Origin: Desulfobacterales bacterium
GTDB lineage: Bacteria > Desulfobacterota > Desulfobacteria > Desulfobacterales > UBA2174
Assembly (NCBI GenBank): GCA_963668645.2
Contig: CAXXWC010000019.1
Location: 640,001 to 704,000 of the forward strand
Reading direction: 5' to 3'
DNA length: 64,000 bases
Part shown: positions 1 to 10,137 of the stretch, piece after piece
Position numbering within the stretch: position 1 is the first letter of the stretch
How the letters are laid out: each line of letters begins with the position of its first letter
Notes under the pieces: generated by a model
Told to the model about the DNA's origin: nothing
Databases searched by the model: none
What the model saw: only the letters and a program-made list of their open reading frames with translations
Translations under genes and position numbers: made by a program

Positions 1-2
1 AA

Positions 3-236
3 AGTGGACAGATCACCGAGCTTCGAAATATCAAAAAAGGCGACCAGCCGGATGCGCTGTTCGAGCCCCCCACGGGTTTTACCCGGGTATCGAGTATGAT
101 GGAACTCGGCAGGCCCCGGATGGCTCCGAAAACAGCTTCGACGGAGACCGAACAGGCCGAAACGTCCCTGAAGCTGCCATCCAGCGCCAAGATGCCCGCC
201 TGGCTCAAAAAGAAGATTAAAGCGATGCAGCAATGA
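3..236 (+). CDS. 3' end of a probable exported protein (DUF4412-like C-terminus), truncated by the window edge
   Basis: Open frame from 3 to TGA at 234-236: SGQITELRNIKKGDQPDALFEPPTGFTRV..., resembling the NIKxGxQPDxLFExPxGF ending of DUF4412-type proteins. Confidence 0.55.
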   Translation, partial: SGQITELRNIKKGDQPDALFEPPTGFTRVSSMMELGRPRMAPKTASTETEQAETSLKLPSSAKMPAWLKKKIKAMQQ

Positions 237-293
237 CGTCTCCAAAGACCCCGGGAGGTTGGTCGCGCTCAATCCAGAAAAGGGGAGAAAACG

Positions 294-1712
294 ATGAGAA
301 AGGATGGACTCAAGGGGCAGGGCCGGCCCAATCAGGCACCGGCCGTGATGGCGATCATTTTCCTGGCGCTTATACCGCTTCTTCTGATCGTCCCGATGCC
401 GGCCGGTGCCGGGCAGCATTGCGGGGCCGAAGGCGACTGGCGCAACGCGTTCATCCCCGATACCTGGCCGCCCCCGGAAACAAAGCGGCAGTTTCAGTCC
501 TTGTACGGGGGGATCAAGCCGGTTCCGGTCTCCAGGGCCTGCAAGCGCCACGACGACTGTTACGGAAAGCGCAATGCCGCCCGGGATGACTGCGATCAGC
601 GGTTTCTGGCCGATATGCAGGCCGAATGCGATCGCATCTATGCGGGCATCATGGAAATCCCGCTGCGCGAAGCCTGCCATCTGGCGGCAAAGGGCTATTA
701 CCAGGCCGTCCGGCGGCACGGCGCCGCCGCATTTAAAAGGGCTCAGGCGCCAATGGCCGCTTCCACCGGGCACCGGTCTTCCCACCAGGCCGTTCGCAAA
801 CCGCAGCCCCCCCAGCCAGGCGTCCGGTCCGCTTCCCCCGACTGGGTCTATCATTTCAAACCGGTCCTGGTCTCTGACCGCATTTTCAACCGTGATCAAG
901 ACGCCTTCGAGGTCTTTCGCGCCTTTTATGAAGGCCATCCAGCCTACCTGGTAAAAATCGCCCAGGTGGGAACGGGCCTGATTATGCCCCGGAAAAATGG
1001 ATTCTATCATGCCGGTGCGGCCAGGCCGGCAAAGGACGGCCGCGGCCTGCGCCTGGATCTGCGGAAGATCACAACCATTCCCGATTCCGGGGTCGAGGTC
1101 CTTTGCGGGCCGGACCGGCAACGGATCGAAGCCTGGTGGGGAAAAAACCGCCTGGCGTTCACCGTTCCGGCCGGCGGCATTCCGAAGGTGCAGGCGGGCA
1201 ACGTGCAAAAGCCGGCTACAGGCCTGCTGTTCATCAACAGCGATTTCGAGGCCGGTGATCTGAGCAACTGGACGGCCACCGGCCAAGCCTTCGCCTGCCA
1301 GCCGACCAAGGGCGACAACCCCTCGGTCAGAAATCGCCGCCAACCATCGAAGCATCAAGGCGATTTTTGGATCGGCACATTCGAAAAGTATTCAGGCCGG
1401 GCCGGTGAGCGGCGGGGAGGCCGGCAGGGAGACCGGCCCAAAGGCACGTTGCGTTCCATTGCCTTCGAAATCCAGGGCCCCAAAATCGGATTCTTGATCG
1501 GCGGCGGCAAAAAGGCCGGTGCCCTGTATGTGGCCCTGGAGGTGGACGGGCGCACGGTACGCCGGCAGACCGGTGCCAATTCAGAGACCATGAAGCGGGT
1601 GATCTGGGATGTCCGGGAATTTATGGGGCAATCGGCCCGGCTCGTCATCCAGGATGGATCGGAAGGGGGCTGGGGGCATATCAATGCCGACAACTTCCGC
1701 TATTTCCAATAG
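294..1712 (+). CDS. Secreted protein: phospholipase A2-like domain + Pro-rich linker + C-terminal carbohydrate-binding-like jelly-roll domain
   Basis: Hydrophobic signal (AIIFLALIPLLLIVPMPAGA). ACKRHDDCY...CDQRF...C...C..AAKGYYQAV matches the His-Asp sPLA2 pattern. C-terminal NSDFEAGDLSNWTATGQAF...GGWGHINADNF resembles the accessory domain of GH32-type glycosidases. Confidence 0.7.
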   Translation: MRKDGLKGQGRPNQAPAVMAIIFLALIPLLLIVPMPAGAGQHCGAEGDWRNAFIPDTWPPPETKRQFQSLYGGIKPVPVSRACKRHDDCYGKRNAARDDCDQRFLADMQAECDRIYAGIMEIPLREACHLAAKGYYQAVRRHGAAAFKRAQAPMAASTGHRSSHQAVRKPQPPQPGVRSASPDWVYHFKPVLVSDRIFNRDQDAFEVFRAFYEGHPAYLVKIAQVGTGLIMPRKNGFYHAGAARPAKDGRGLRLDLRKITTIPDSGVEVLCGPDRQRIEAWWGKNRLAFTVPAGGIPKVQAGNVQKPATGLLFINSDFEAGDLSNWTATGQAFACQPTKGDNPSVRNRRQPSKHQGDFWIGTFEKYSGRAGERRGGRQGDRPKGTLRSIAFEIQGPKIGFLIGGGKKAGALYVALEVDGRTVRRQTGANSETMKRVIWDVREFMGQSARLVIQDGSEGGWGHINADNFRYFQ

Positions 1713-1957
1713 CGCATGCCGTTTTGGCCGGCCGGGTCATCTGCCATCAAATCGGTTTTGCTTCTGCTCGCGGCTGCAAAAAGGGGTGCCGGTCACGTAT
1801 CCGGATTTAAAATGACAAGCAGGCCGGAGGATGCATTCGCGCGGGCTGTACGAGTCATATTTATTGTTATTATAGCATCTTGCGTTGGAGGATCACTGCA
1901 TCGTCGATACCGCGAAACGATATTTCAGCGATCCCGGTTTTGTGATGCAGCCGGCTC

Positions 1958-2098
1958 GGAAGGGTCGCCGAGCGCATCGCCTCTGAACTCGAGGAACTGC
2001 TCATGCCCTACCGCTTCGATGTCAAAGCCCTGTCTGCCTTCCGATCCCGGCAGCTGCTGGATCACATCCGCCGGGTCGGCATCCGTGTTTACGGCTGA
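1958..2098 (+). pseudogene. C-terminal remnant of a minimal nucleotidyltransferase (MNT antitoxin-type) gene
   Basis: Frame not in the ORF track: VAERIASELEELLMPYRFDVKALSAFRSRQLLDHIRRVGIRVYG* (TGA 2096-2098). The N-terminal GS/DxD half is absent. Confidence 0.6.
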
Positions 2099-2289
2099 AG
2101 CCGCCAGGGTCGGCACGCGCAGGTAAAAATCATCAATGTGTGCCGGCAAGCCATTGATCGTTGCGGCCTCAATCCAGACCCGTTGCGCCAGGCCCCATGC
2201 GCTGGGCGCAAGTGGCCCGGAGCAAACGGGGCCGGCGGCTGGTGCGGCCGCAACGGCCATAGGTTGATGTTATTTCAGGGAGATTCGGT

Positions 2290-3435
2290 TCAGCCGCTGC
2301 CTTCGGCCCCCACCGGGATATCGGAAAACACCGCAGCCTTGAGGCCTGCCGAGGACCGGCCCGCCGGAGCCTTGGCCGACCGTATGGCGTTGACCAGTTC
2401 CAGGCCCGTAAAGGGACATGGGGGAAGATCCACATCGGTGGCCTGCAAAGGCGTAACGCGCGGTCCCCAGCGCAGCAGGTGGGAGCTGAGGCTCAGCCCG
2501 CCGCCGAAGGCCGGCATGAGGATCAAATCCCCGGGCTTGACCCGGCCCCCTTCCAGGGCCTCGACCAGGGCCACCGGCACGGTGGCGGCCGACATGTTGC
2601 CGTAGCGCTGGACGGTGAGCATCAACTTTTCCTCCGGCACCCCGATGCGCTGGGCCAGGGCCATGATGATCCTCAGGTTGGCCTGGTGGGGCACGACTAG
2701 GTCGATATCATCTGCGCTGACCCCGCATTTGGCCATCACCGCTTCCGCCGCCGAAACCATACCCTTGACGGCGCGCTTGAAAATCTCCTGGCCGTTGAAA
2801 TCCCAGATCGTGTCCCCCAGCATCACGCCGGTATTGACGTAGGCCCCGCCGATGCCGCGAACCCGCAATGTATGGCGGGCATCGGCAATGCACCCCAAAG
2901 TCTCGCCGAGCAGGCCTTCCGGAGCCTGGGTCTTTTCCAGGACCACCGCCGCGGCCCCATCACCGAACAAAACGGCGACGCTCCGGTTTTCCCAGTCCAT
3001 ATATGGGGAAATGGCCTCTACGCCGATCACCAGGGCGTTGTCCACGACACCGGTGCGGATCATGGCCGTGGCGGTGGTCAATGCATAAGAGAAACTCGTG
3101 CAGGCCGTGTTCAGATCGATGGCGGCGGCGTTTTCCGCCCCCAGCCTGAACTGGACTCCGGAAGCTGAGTTGGGCACCTGCTCTTCATAGGTGCAGCTGC
3201 CGTAAATGATCAATTCGAGCCTGCCGGCGGGCAAGCCGGCGCAGGCCAAGGCGCGGGCTCCTGCCACATAGGCCATTTCGGTGGGCTGGACATGGGCGAC
3301 CCGCCGCTGGGAGATGCCCGTGAGAGTGGTGATCCATTCTTCGCTGGTGTCCAGAAACGAAGCCAGATCCTGGTTTGTTAAAACAGCCGGGGGCATACAT
3401 TTACCCCACCCGGTGATAGCGGCATTCATCATCAA
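2290..3435 (-). CDS. fabH: Beta-ketoacyl-ACP synthase III family protein
   Basis: Catalytic Cys (NTACTSF), His (PHQAN) and Asn (YGNMS); LFGDGAAA motif; short C-terminal extension. Confidence 0.88.
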   Translation of the reverse strand: MMMNAAITGWGKCMPPAVLTNQDLASFLDTSEEWITTLTGISQRRVAHVQPTEMAYVAGARALACAGLPAGRLELIIYGSCTYEEQVPNSASGVQFRLGAENAAAIDLNTACTSFSYALTTATAMIRTGVVDNALVIGVEAISPYMDWENRSVAVLFGDGAAAVVLEKTQAPEGLLGETLGCIADARHTLRVRGIGGAYVNTGVMLGDTIWDFNGQEIFKRAVKGMVSAAEAVMAKCGVSADDIDLVVPHQANLRIIMALAQRIGVPEEKLMLTVQRYGNMSAATVPVALVEALEGGRVKPGDLILMPAFGGGLSLSSHLLRWGPRVTPLQATDVDLPPCPFTGLELVNAIRSAKAPAGRSSAGLKAAVFSDIPVGAEGSG

Positions 3436-3511
3436 TCGAGACTCCTGTTAAAGTTGCAGCCGCCGGCTAAAAGCCGCAGCGGCACGAAGAGTAAATCCAG
3501 CAAGGAGGCGG

Positions 3512-4324
3512 CTAGGCCAATCCCAAGATCCGGCGGGCATCATCCACCGTCGCCACCTCGTGGCCAAGGGCACGGATGATGCGAGCCGCTCGCTCGACCA
3601 GCATGAGATTCGACGCAAGCCGGCCCGTTTGGCTGGAATAAAACAAGACATCCTCCAGGCCGACCCGCACGTGTCCGCCCAATACGACGCCCATGGTGAT
3701 CATGTCCAGGTGTGATTTTCCCACGCCCGTGACGGTAAAGGTCGCCCCCGCAGGCAGTTGTTCCACCATGTGCAGAAGGTTCTTGGGCGTGCCGCTGATA
3801 GAGCCGGGAACATTCATCACGAGGTTGAAGTGCAGCGGCGGCTGGACCGCCTTCCTTTTCAAATAGAAGCCGATGTTGGTGATCATGGCCACGTCGAAGG
3901 CCTCGATCTCCGGTTTGACGCCCGCGGCGATCATCTTTTTGCCTAGATTTTCGATGAAATCGGGGGAATTGCTATTTACCGAGGCGGGAAAATTGGATGA
4001 CCCGGTCGCCAGACTGGCCATTTCCGGTTTCAAGTCGATGCAACCGGCCCGATCCATGCCCGACCCGGCGCGCGCCCCCGTGGAAAGCTGGATGATCACG
4101 TCGCACCTGCTCCTGACGCGGTCGATGATCTCCCGGGTGATGGCAGGATCCGTCGTGGGCCTTCCCTCCGCATCCCGGGTATGAATATGGGCGATGGTCG
4201 CTCCGGCCTGGTAACAGGCAAAAATGTCCGCGGCGATTTCCGGCGGTGACAGCGGCACATGGGGATTGAGTTCTTTGGTCGGGACGTTTCCCGTTGGCGC
4301 AACCGTGATGATCACTTTTCTCAT
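3512..4324 (-). CDS. Beta-keto acid cleavage enzyme (BKACE/DUF849, 3-keto-5-aminohexanoate cleavage family)
   Basis: KVIITVAPTG, AHIHTRD (Zn HxH), KPEIE, GGHVRVGLED motifs. Confidence 0.9.
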   Translation of the reverse strand: MRKVIITVAPTGNVPTKELNPHVPLSPPEIAADIFACYQAGATIAHIHTRDAEGRPTTDPAITREIIDRVRSRCDVIIQLSTGARAGSGMDRAGCIDLKPEMASLATGSSNFPASVNSNSPDFIENLGKKMIAAGVKPEIEAFDVAMITNIGFYLKRKAVQPPLHFNLVMNVPGSISGTPKNLLHMVEQLPAGATFTVTGVGKSHLDMITMGVVLGGHVRVGLEDVLFYSSQTGRLASNLMLVERAARIIRALGHEVATVDDARRILGLA

Positions 4325-4340
4325 CCAAAACGCCTTTCTT

Positions 4341-4371
4341 GCGTATCATGCCGTGAATCGGCATGATACGC
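4341..4371. promoter_or_regulatory. Perfect 13-bp hairpin directly upstream of the BKACE ribosome-binding site
   Basis: GCGTATCATGCCG-tgaat-CGGCATGATACGC; no U-tract on the coding (minus) strand. Confidence 0.6.
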
Positions 4372-4757
4372 TGGAGACGCTTGAACAGTCAACGGATGGA
4401 GATTTTCAACCCGCGCCGCTGCCGAATATCGGCTTATCGCCTACAGATTATATTTCTGTTATTTATCTTCGCAGCCCTGAAAGTTGGCAGCGTCGATTAG
4501 CATTTTTTCCAGCGTCTACACTCGTTTCAGGAACCGTCACCGACGGGGTATTCCGCGACCGAATCGAATTTTCACAGTTCAGTATGTCGGGAACATGGAA
4601 AATCTATCAAGTAAAGTTGTATGACGGCATGTGTGGCAACAACATATCCGTAGGTGAGTCGTATCTGACGGACCATGGCTTTCCGACCGAACTGATCGTA
4701 GAAGAAATGAGCAACGCCTCCAGTGGTGGCGACCGGTCCGGATCAGGCAGTGTATGA
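4372..4757 (+). pseudogene. Fragment of a secreted Ig-like-domain protein
   Basis: LVSGTVTDGVFRDRIEFSQFSMSGTWKIYQVKLYDGMCGN...GFPTELIV followed by a Gly/Ser linker; no convincing start or RBS. Confidence 0.4.
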
Positions 4758-4824
4758 TGCCGTACAACTGGACGGTTCCACATCCTACGACAGCGACGGT
4801 TCTATCGTGGCATGAAACTGATCC

Positions 4825-5076
4825 GTGAATCATTTGCAAGACCAAGCCATGAGCCGCACGGGTTACGGGCAGATCGTATTTTTAAGCGGTCTGGCCCCGG
4901 GCTTTTACGAAGTGATTCTCACCGTCACAAACGATGCCGACACGACGTTTCAGGATTCGGCACGCCTAGCGGCCGTCGGTCCGGCATCCTGTCTTGCCGG
5001 CAACGCAAACGGCGACAACCACATCGATCTTTCGGATATTGTCCGCAGTCTTCAGGTGCTCGGCGGCCAGCGGTGA
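4825..5076 (+). pseudogene. C-terminal fragment carrying a dockerin/EF-hand-like repeat
   Basis: GNANGDNHIDLSDIVRSLQVLGG resembles the GDxNGDxxIxLxDxIxxLQ dockerin-type motif; preceded by a PKD-like GFYEVILTVTNDA. Confidence 0.45.
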
Positions 5077-6305
5077 CGCACCTGCCTTTTTTTGTTGCAA
5101 CAACTGTGTCTCTGGAGGGTTGACCTACTTACCGCCAACCCGTGCCAACCGTTTGGCCAGCTTCATTTTCTGATCGAGGCGGCCTTCGCGAAAAATCATG
5201 ATCCGTTGCGCCTGTGGCGACCCGGCGCCGTGCATTGATTCAACCATGGCGGTACCGCCGGTCATGGCCTCGATCAAACGGCCGATCTTGATCCGGTTGA
5301 GTGCCGGGATGTTCTTCACGCCGGAAAAATATTTGCTGACGAGGTGCCCGACGTCCTTGCTATCCAGATCGATCTCGCTGGGCAGCGTGGCGATGAAACC
5401 ACCGGCCAGATCCACCGCCAGCCGCGCGATTTCAAAGTGAAAACGCGTCACGTTGTGTTTGCATACATTGGCGAGCATCGTGTCCACCAGGTAGGCGCCC
5501 GAGGCGGTGGGCCGGCCTTCGGCCGAACAGGCGACCGATGAGCTGTACAGCGTCTCCGACAGATGAATCATCTCCGTAATCTTGTCCCGGACATGCGATC
5601 CTTTGGCCGTGCCTTGAACATTGGCCAGGTAGGCCGCCGCCCCGGTCAAAACGTCCATCAGCCCGGTCTTGCAGGCGCCGTAGTTGGCCCGGTGGTGGGC
5701 GGCAAAGCGATAGACCAGGTCGCCGGCGAACTCGGTCTCGCCGTCCATGAATACCCGCTCCCAGGGAACGAAAACATCGTCGAAGACGATCAATGCCTCT
5801 CCGCCCACCACACCGAAAGCCGGATTGCCGCAGTCCACGGTTTCCCGGTTGTCCCGGCGCGAGTCGTTGGCCTGGCGGCCGAAAACCATGGTGATCCCCG
5901 GTGCGTCCACCGGCACGGCACAGGCCACGGCGTAGTCCCGGCTGTCTTCTTCCATGGCCATAGTCGGCATGACCAGGGTCTCGTGCGAATTGACACCGCC
6001 GGTCATGTGAACTTTGGCCCCCCTGATAACAATGCCATCCGTGCCACGCTCGACCACATGCACGAACTGGTCCGGATCATGCTGAAGCGCCGGACTTTTC
6101 GACCGATCGCCCTTGGGGTCGGTCATCGCCCCGACCACCATCAGGTTTTCGTCCTGAATGCGCACCAGCCACCTGGTAAAACGGTCAAAATAGCCCCGGT
6201 CGTATTTCCTGTCGATTTCCCAGGCAACCGAATAAACGGCATTGATCCCGTCCAGCCCGACGCAACGCTGAAAACAGGTCCCGGTTTTTTGCCCCAAAAC
6301 CCTGA

Positions 6306-8269
6306 CTTGGGTTTGGGAAACGTAGGAACACAGAATTGGCGCAAACCCTTATCTGGTGCGCATCTATGACGATGAATGAAATTCAGCGTGTGTCTACATT
6401 TTTCGCCCCTTTTTAGGGCCGATTTTCCAGTGAAAGGACCTGCTGCGGAGATTTGATTTTAAGCGCTTTCAGTATGTTGGCAGTTTTCACGGGGATCTCG
6501 TTGCGCATAAGCACACGGTAATTTAAATTGAAAAGTTTTGTGACTTGCAGCTTGTCCAGCGACCGGCGAATTCGGTGCCAGGGCAGGCCGCATTCGAGTT
6601 CGGCCACCCGCTCGATCATCAGCGCCAGCACACAGATCTTCACATGGGCCTCAATGCGCCGCGAGGCCCAGTGGTACATCGGCATCATCTTGATCTGGGT
6701 GCGTTTGAGCGAGCGAAAGCAGCGCTCAATGACCATCAGCCCTTTGTATCCGCAGGCGGCGTCTTCGAGGCTGATGGTATCGTCGTTGGTTTCCACCACC
6801 CATTTGCCATCGTACTTGGCCGCCGCCTTGATGGCCGCCCGGTCGATTCGGACCTGGTTGCCCTTGGTGATGCGCAGATACCGCTTGAAACGCGCCGAGG
6901 CCAACAGCTCGATCGCCCACTGGGCCGTGGCCGATGGGTCCGGGTGCCGATCGAGTTCGGTTTCGAGCATCTGAACGATCGTTTCACGGTGTAGCCGCTG
7001 GCGTTTGGCTTCCTTGGGGTTGTAGCACAGGATGTAGCGCTTGCGCCTTTCGCCGTCGCCAACGATGACTTCTTTTGCGTGCAGGTTGTCTCGGATGACA
7101 GTGTAGCGGCCGCGTTTGCTCAGCACATCGCGTTTGATTTCGGCCACGCTGGCCATCCGGCAGGCCAGAAGGTACTTGCCGCAAGCCCGGGCCAGTTCTT
7201 CGCGGTTGGTCTGCGAATTCATGCCCGCGTCGGCGACAAACAGGGCGCGACCCAGGTTCCAGCCCCGCAGGTCGGTGCGGATCTTTTCGACGGTGGCCAC
7301 ATCGGCCGTGTTGCCCGGCAGCACCCAACTGCGCACCGGGATGCCTTCGCGAGTCACGGCCAGGGCCACGACGACTTGGGGTGACCAGGTACCTTCCTTG
7401 TTGCGGCCGAACTTGCGCATTGTGGCGTTGGCGTGCCGGTCGCCGTCATCTTCCCGGTCGACATGGAACGAGGCCGTGGTGGTGTCGTAGAAGATCAGAT
7501 CCACGGTGAGGTTGAACAGGTTGGCGGTATGGAAAAAGACGCTTTTTTCGATCTCGGCGGCATGTTCGTGGAGCAGATCCATGGCCTCGTACATGTGATC
7601 GAGCTTCAGCCCGTCGCATGACGGCAGGTAAACCGTGGACAGCCAGCGATCCCAGACGCCCAGCTTGGATTCGGGCTCACAGAGCCGGTTGGCGGTCATG
7701 GCCAACAGGGCCCGTTCGTAGTTGATGCGAACCCCTTTGGACTTGACGATGTTGGCCAGGGTCTTTCGAAGCCCCAACCGTTCCCAGAGGGTTTCGATAA
7801 CCAGCGGGCAGCCGAAAGCGAGAGTTTCTTGAATTTTGAGGCTGTCAGCCAGTGCCGAGACCGCTTGGTCGTTTTCGAGCGGATCGGTGACGGTCAGGCC
7901 GCAGACCCGTGCAATGGATCGGCACAGGCGCACGAGCTGAGCGCGATCGAGTTGATCGGTGCGCCCGAAGTTGTGGATGATTTTGGCGACCGGTTTACGG
8001 GTTTTGGGATCGCGCTCGTTGTGGGCGAGTTGGAAGTATTCGACCGTTGAGCCGTCCTTATTGGTGCGCTTTGTGGTTCGTAGGTACATGCTTACCCACA
8101 TAGCGTTTGAAATATTTTATGTCAAGGCCTAAACCGCGAATTCGTGTGCCTACAGCATTTGAGCTTAAAAAACGGCTCAATTTTTTGTAACTAATTGTTT
8201 TTATAAGGTGCGAATTCGTGGAGAGCCGAATTTCGGAGGTGTTTTTTGCCTACAAATCCCAAACCCAAG
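6306..8269 (-). mobile_element. IS1634-family insertion sequence, copy 1 (1964 bp)
   Basis: Perfect 13-bp TIR CTTGGGTTTGGGA/TCCCAAACCCAAG; 5-bp TSD CCTGA at 6301-6305 and 8270-8274. Confidence 0.95.
6413..8101 (-). CDS. IS1634-family DDE transposase (likely start 8089, MYLRTT)
   Basis: FYDTTT, PGNTAD, VADAGM, IERCFRSLK, RIEAHVKIC motifs. Confidence 0.93.
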   Translation of the reverse strand: MWVSMYLRTTKRTNKDGSTVEYFQLAHNERDPKTRKPVAKIIHNFGRTDQLDRAQLVRLCRSIARVCGLTVTDPLENDQAVSALADSLKIQETLAFGCPLVIETLWERLGLRKTLANIVKSKGVRINYERALLAMTANRLCEPESKLGVWDRWLSTVYLPSCDGLKLDHMYEAMDLLHEHAAEIEKSVFFHTANLFNLTVDLIFYDTTTASFHVDREDDGDRHANATMRKFGRNKEGTWSPQVVVALAVTREGIPVRSWVLPGNTADVATVEKIRTDLRGWNLGRALFVADAGMNSQTNREELARACGKYLLACRMASVAEIKRDVLSKRGRYTVIRDNLHAKEVIVGDGERRKRYILCYNPKEAKRQRLHRETIVQMLETELDRHPDPSATAQWAIELLASARFKRYLRITKGNQVRIDRAAIKAAAKYDGKWVVETNDDTISLEDAACGYKGLMVIERCFRSLKRTQIKMMPMYHWASRRIEAHVKICVLALMIERVAELECGLPWHRIRRSLDKLQVTKLFNLNYRVLMRNEIPVKTANILKALKIKSPQQVLSLENRP

Positions 8270-8575
8270 CCTGAGCAATTTGATTTTTCGGACAAGGTCC
8301 TCAATGCTCTGGTGAATGTGGGTAAAGCGGCTGATGCGCCGGCCGGTGAGGTGACTCTTTGCGGTAGCCAGGGCTTCGTGGTTGCGGTCGGCGGCCAGGG
8401 CGTAGGTCATGGCCGCCGCGCGCACATGGGCAGCGGTGGCCGGATGAACGGTAACGTCCTCGATCCTCTCGCCGCGATAGTAGATGACCGGCTTGAGCCG
8501 GCGCAGGCTCTCTATGTACTGGGCTCCGTTTTGATCTGCATATAAATTCTTCTCCTGAACGGGAGCGGATTTTGT

Positions 8576-10024
8576 TCACTCCAATATTCCGCAAAGCTTC
8601 TGGGCTGCTTTTTTCTTGACTTCCAGATTAACTGTTCTGGCGATCATAATACGCTGCGCTTGAGGCGATCCGGCACCGTGCATCGATTCGGTCAGATAGC
8701 CCACCGCAGCCGTGCCGAGGGTGAGATTCTCGATCAGGCGTAAAATACGGAACCGGTGCTCGGTTGGCACATCCGGCGACGTGCGGAAGTATCGGTCGAT
8801 CCATTTACCGACCGATTCGGATTTCAAATCCTTTTCCGAGGGCATGGTTACCATCAGGCCCCCGGCCAAATCCTGCGCCAGCCGGCTGAGTTCGTAGGGA
8901 AAGCGGGTGACATTCTGCTTGTGAACATTGGCGAGCAAGGTGTTGACGGCATAGGTTCCGCTCGGTTCGCGGTGGCCTTCCGAAGCGCAAGCGATACAAC
9001 CGCAGTAAAGCGTCTCATTGAGTTGGTTCATCTCGACAATTTTATCCTTTACATGGGAAGCGCGGCTGACCCCGGCCATTTCGACGGCCGTCTGGGATGC
9101 ACCGATCAACACGTCACCGACTCCCACCTTGCAGGCATAGCTTTGGCGATGGTAAGAAGCAAAGTTTTCCACCAACGTACCGGCAAACTCAAATTCGCCG
9201 CACAGAAACACCCGCTCCCAGGGCACGAAGACATCGTCGAAAACAACCAGTGCCTCCATCCCCCCGTAATGGACATTGCCTACATCCATCTGGCTGTTTT
9301 CAAGCTTTCTAGTGTCACAGGACTGGCGCCCCACAACATAAACAATTCCCTTGGCGTCGCTGGGCAACGCAAAGGATACGGCATAGTCTCTGTCTTCTTC
9401 GCGCATGGAGATGGTGGGCATCACGATGATTTCATGTGAATTCACGGCCCCGGTCTGATGCACCTTGGCGCCCCGCACAACAATCCCGTCATCCCTTTTT
9501 TCAACAACGCGCAGATAAAGATCCGGATCGGCTTGCTTATGCGGCGCAAGGCTGCGATCCCCTTTGGGATCGGTCATCGCTCCGTCACAGGTCAAGTCAT
9601 TTTCCTGAACATATTCAAGGTATTTCAAAAATCGTTGATTATATTGACTGCCATGCTTGGCGTCGACATCAAAAGTTACAATGGATAGCGCATTAAGCGC
9701 GTCCATCCCGACGCAACGCTGAAAGCAGCAGCCGGTGCTGCGTCCCAGCAAGCGCCCCATCTTGCTTTTCTTTAGCAAATCTTCGATGCTTTGATGGATA
9801 TGGGTAAACCGGTTGATCCTTTTTCCCGTCAGATGAGAAATAGCAGTCATGATATCTTCATATTCCGGGTGGTGGGCCAATTCATAGGTTAGGGCCACCG
9901 CATTCATGGATGGCCGGATAATCGGATGATCCACGACATTATCGACCCGCTCGCCGAACAGGTAGACCTCAAGATTGAGCCCTCTCAAGCTTTCTTCATA
10001 TTGTTTTGCAGTCATCATAGGCAT
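8576..10024 (-). CDS. abfD: 4-hydroxybutyryl-CoA dehydratase / vinylacetyl-CoA delta-isomerase
   Basis: CFQRCVGMD, GAMTDPKGDRS, YHRQSYACK (3 Cys + His [4Fe-4S] ligands and Tyr), ESMHGAGSPQAQ. ATG at 10024 follows an AAAGGAG RBS. Confidence 0.88.
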   Translation of the reverse strand: MPMMTAKQYEESLRGLNLEVYLFGERVDNVVDHPIIRPSMNAVALTYELAHHPEYEDIMTAISHLTGKRINRFTHIHQSIEDLLKKSKMGRLLGRSTGCCFQRCVGMDALNALSIVTFDVDAKHGSQYNQRFLKYLEYVQENDLTCDGAMTDPKGDRSLAPHKQADPDLYLRVVEKRDDGIVVRGAKVHQTGAVNSHEIIVMPTISMREEDRDYAVSFALPSDAKGIVYVVGRQSCDTRKLENSQMDVGNVHYGGMEALVVFDDVFVPWERVFLCGEFEFAGTLVENFASYHRQSYACKVGVGDVLIGASQTAVEMAGVSRASHVKDKIVEMNQLNETLYCGCIACASEGHREPSGTYAVNTLLANVHKQNVTRFPYELSRLAQDLAGGLMVTMPSEKDLKSESVGKWIDRYFRTSPDVPTEHRFRILRLIENLTLGTAAVGYLTESMHGAGSPQAQRIMIARTVNLEVKKKAAQKLCGILE

Positions 10025-10137
10025 CTGAAAATCTCCTTTGTGTTCTTGCAGTATTAAAATTGCAGTCGTTTTATCCACTTTGCATGATTTGCCCGTAGTG
10101 CCAAAAATCACGATGCCGACCTGAGTGACGTTCTGAG

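Larger units (their letters stand above)
5125..8541 (-). pseudogene. abfD: Second 4-hydroxybutyryl-CoA dehydratase-family gene, split by IS1634 and frameshifted near its start
   Basis: Removing the IS and one TSD copy joins ...DLVRKIKLLR|VLGQKTGTCFQRCVG in frame. The ATG at 8541 (RBS CAGGAG) hits TAG at codon 10 unless 1 nt is added (MQIKT/GAQYIESLRRL). Fe-S ligands CFQRC and HHRANYGAC are retained. Confidence 0.88.

Noticed and set aside
5125..10024. Calling the two HpaB-fold genes 4-hydroxyphenylacetate 3-hydroxylases
   Set aside because: They carry the CxxxC...H...C [4Fe-4S] ligands of AbfD and sit among anaerobic CoA enzymes, with no flavin reductase nearby
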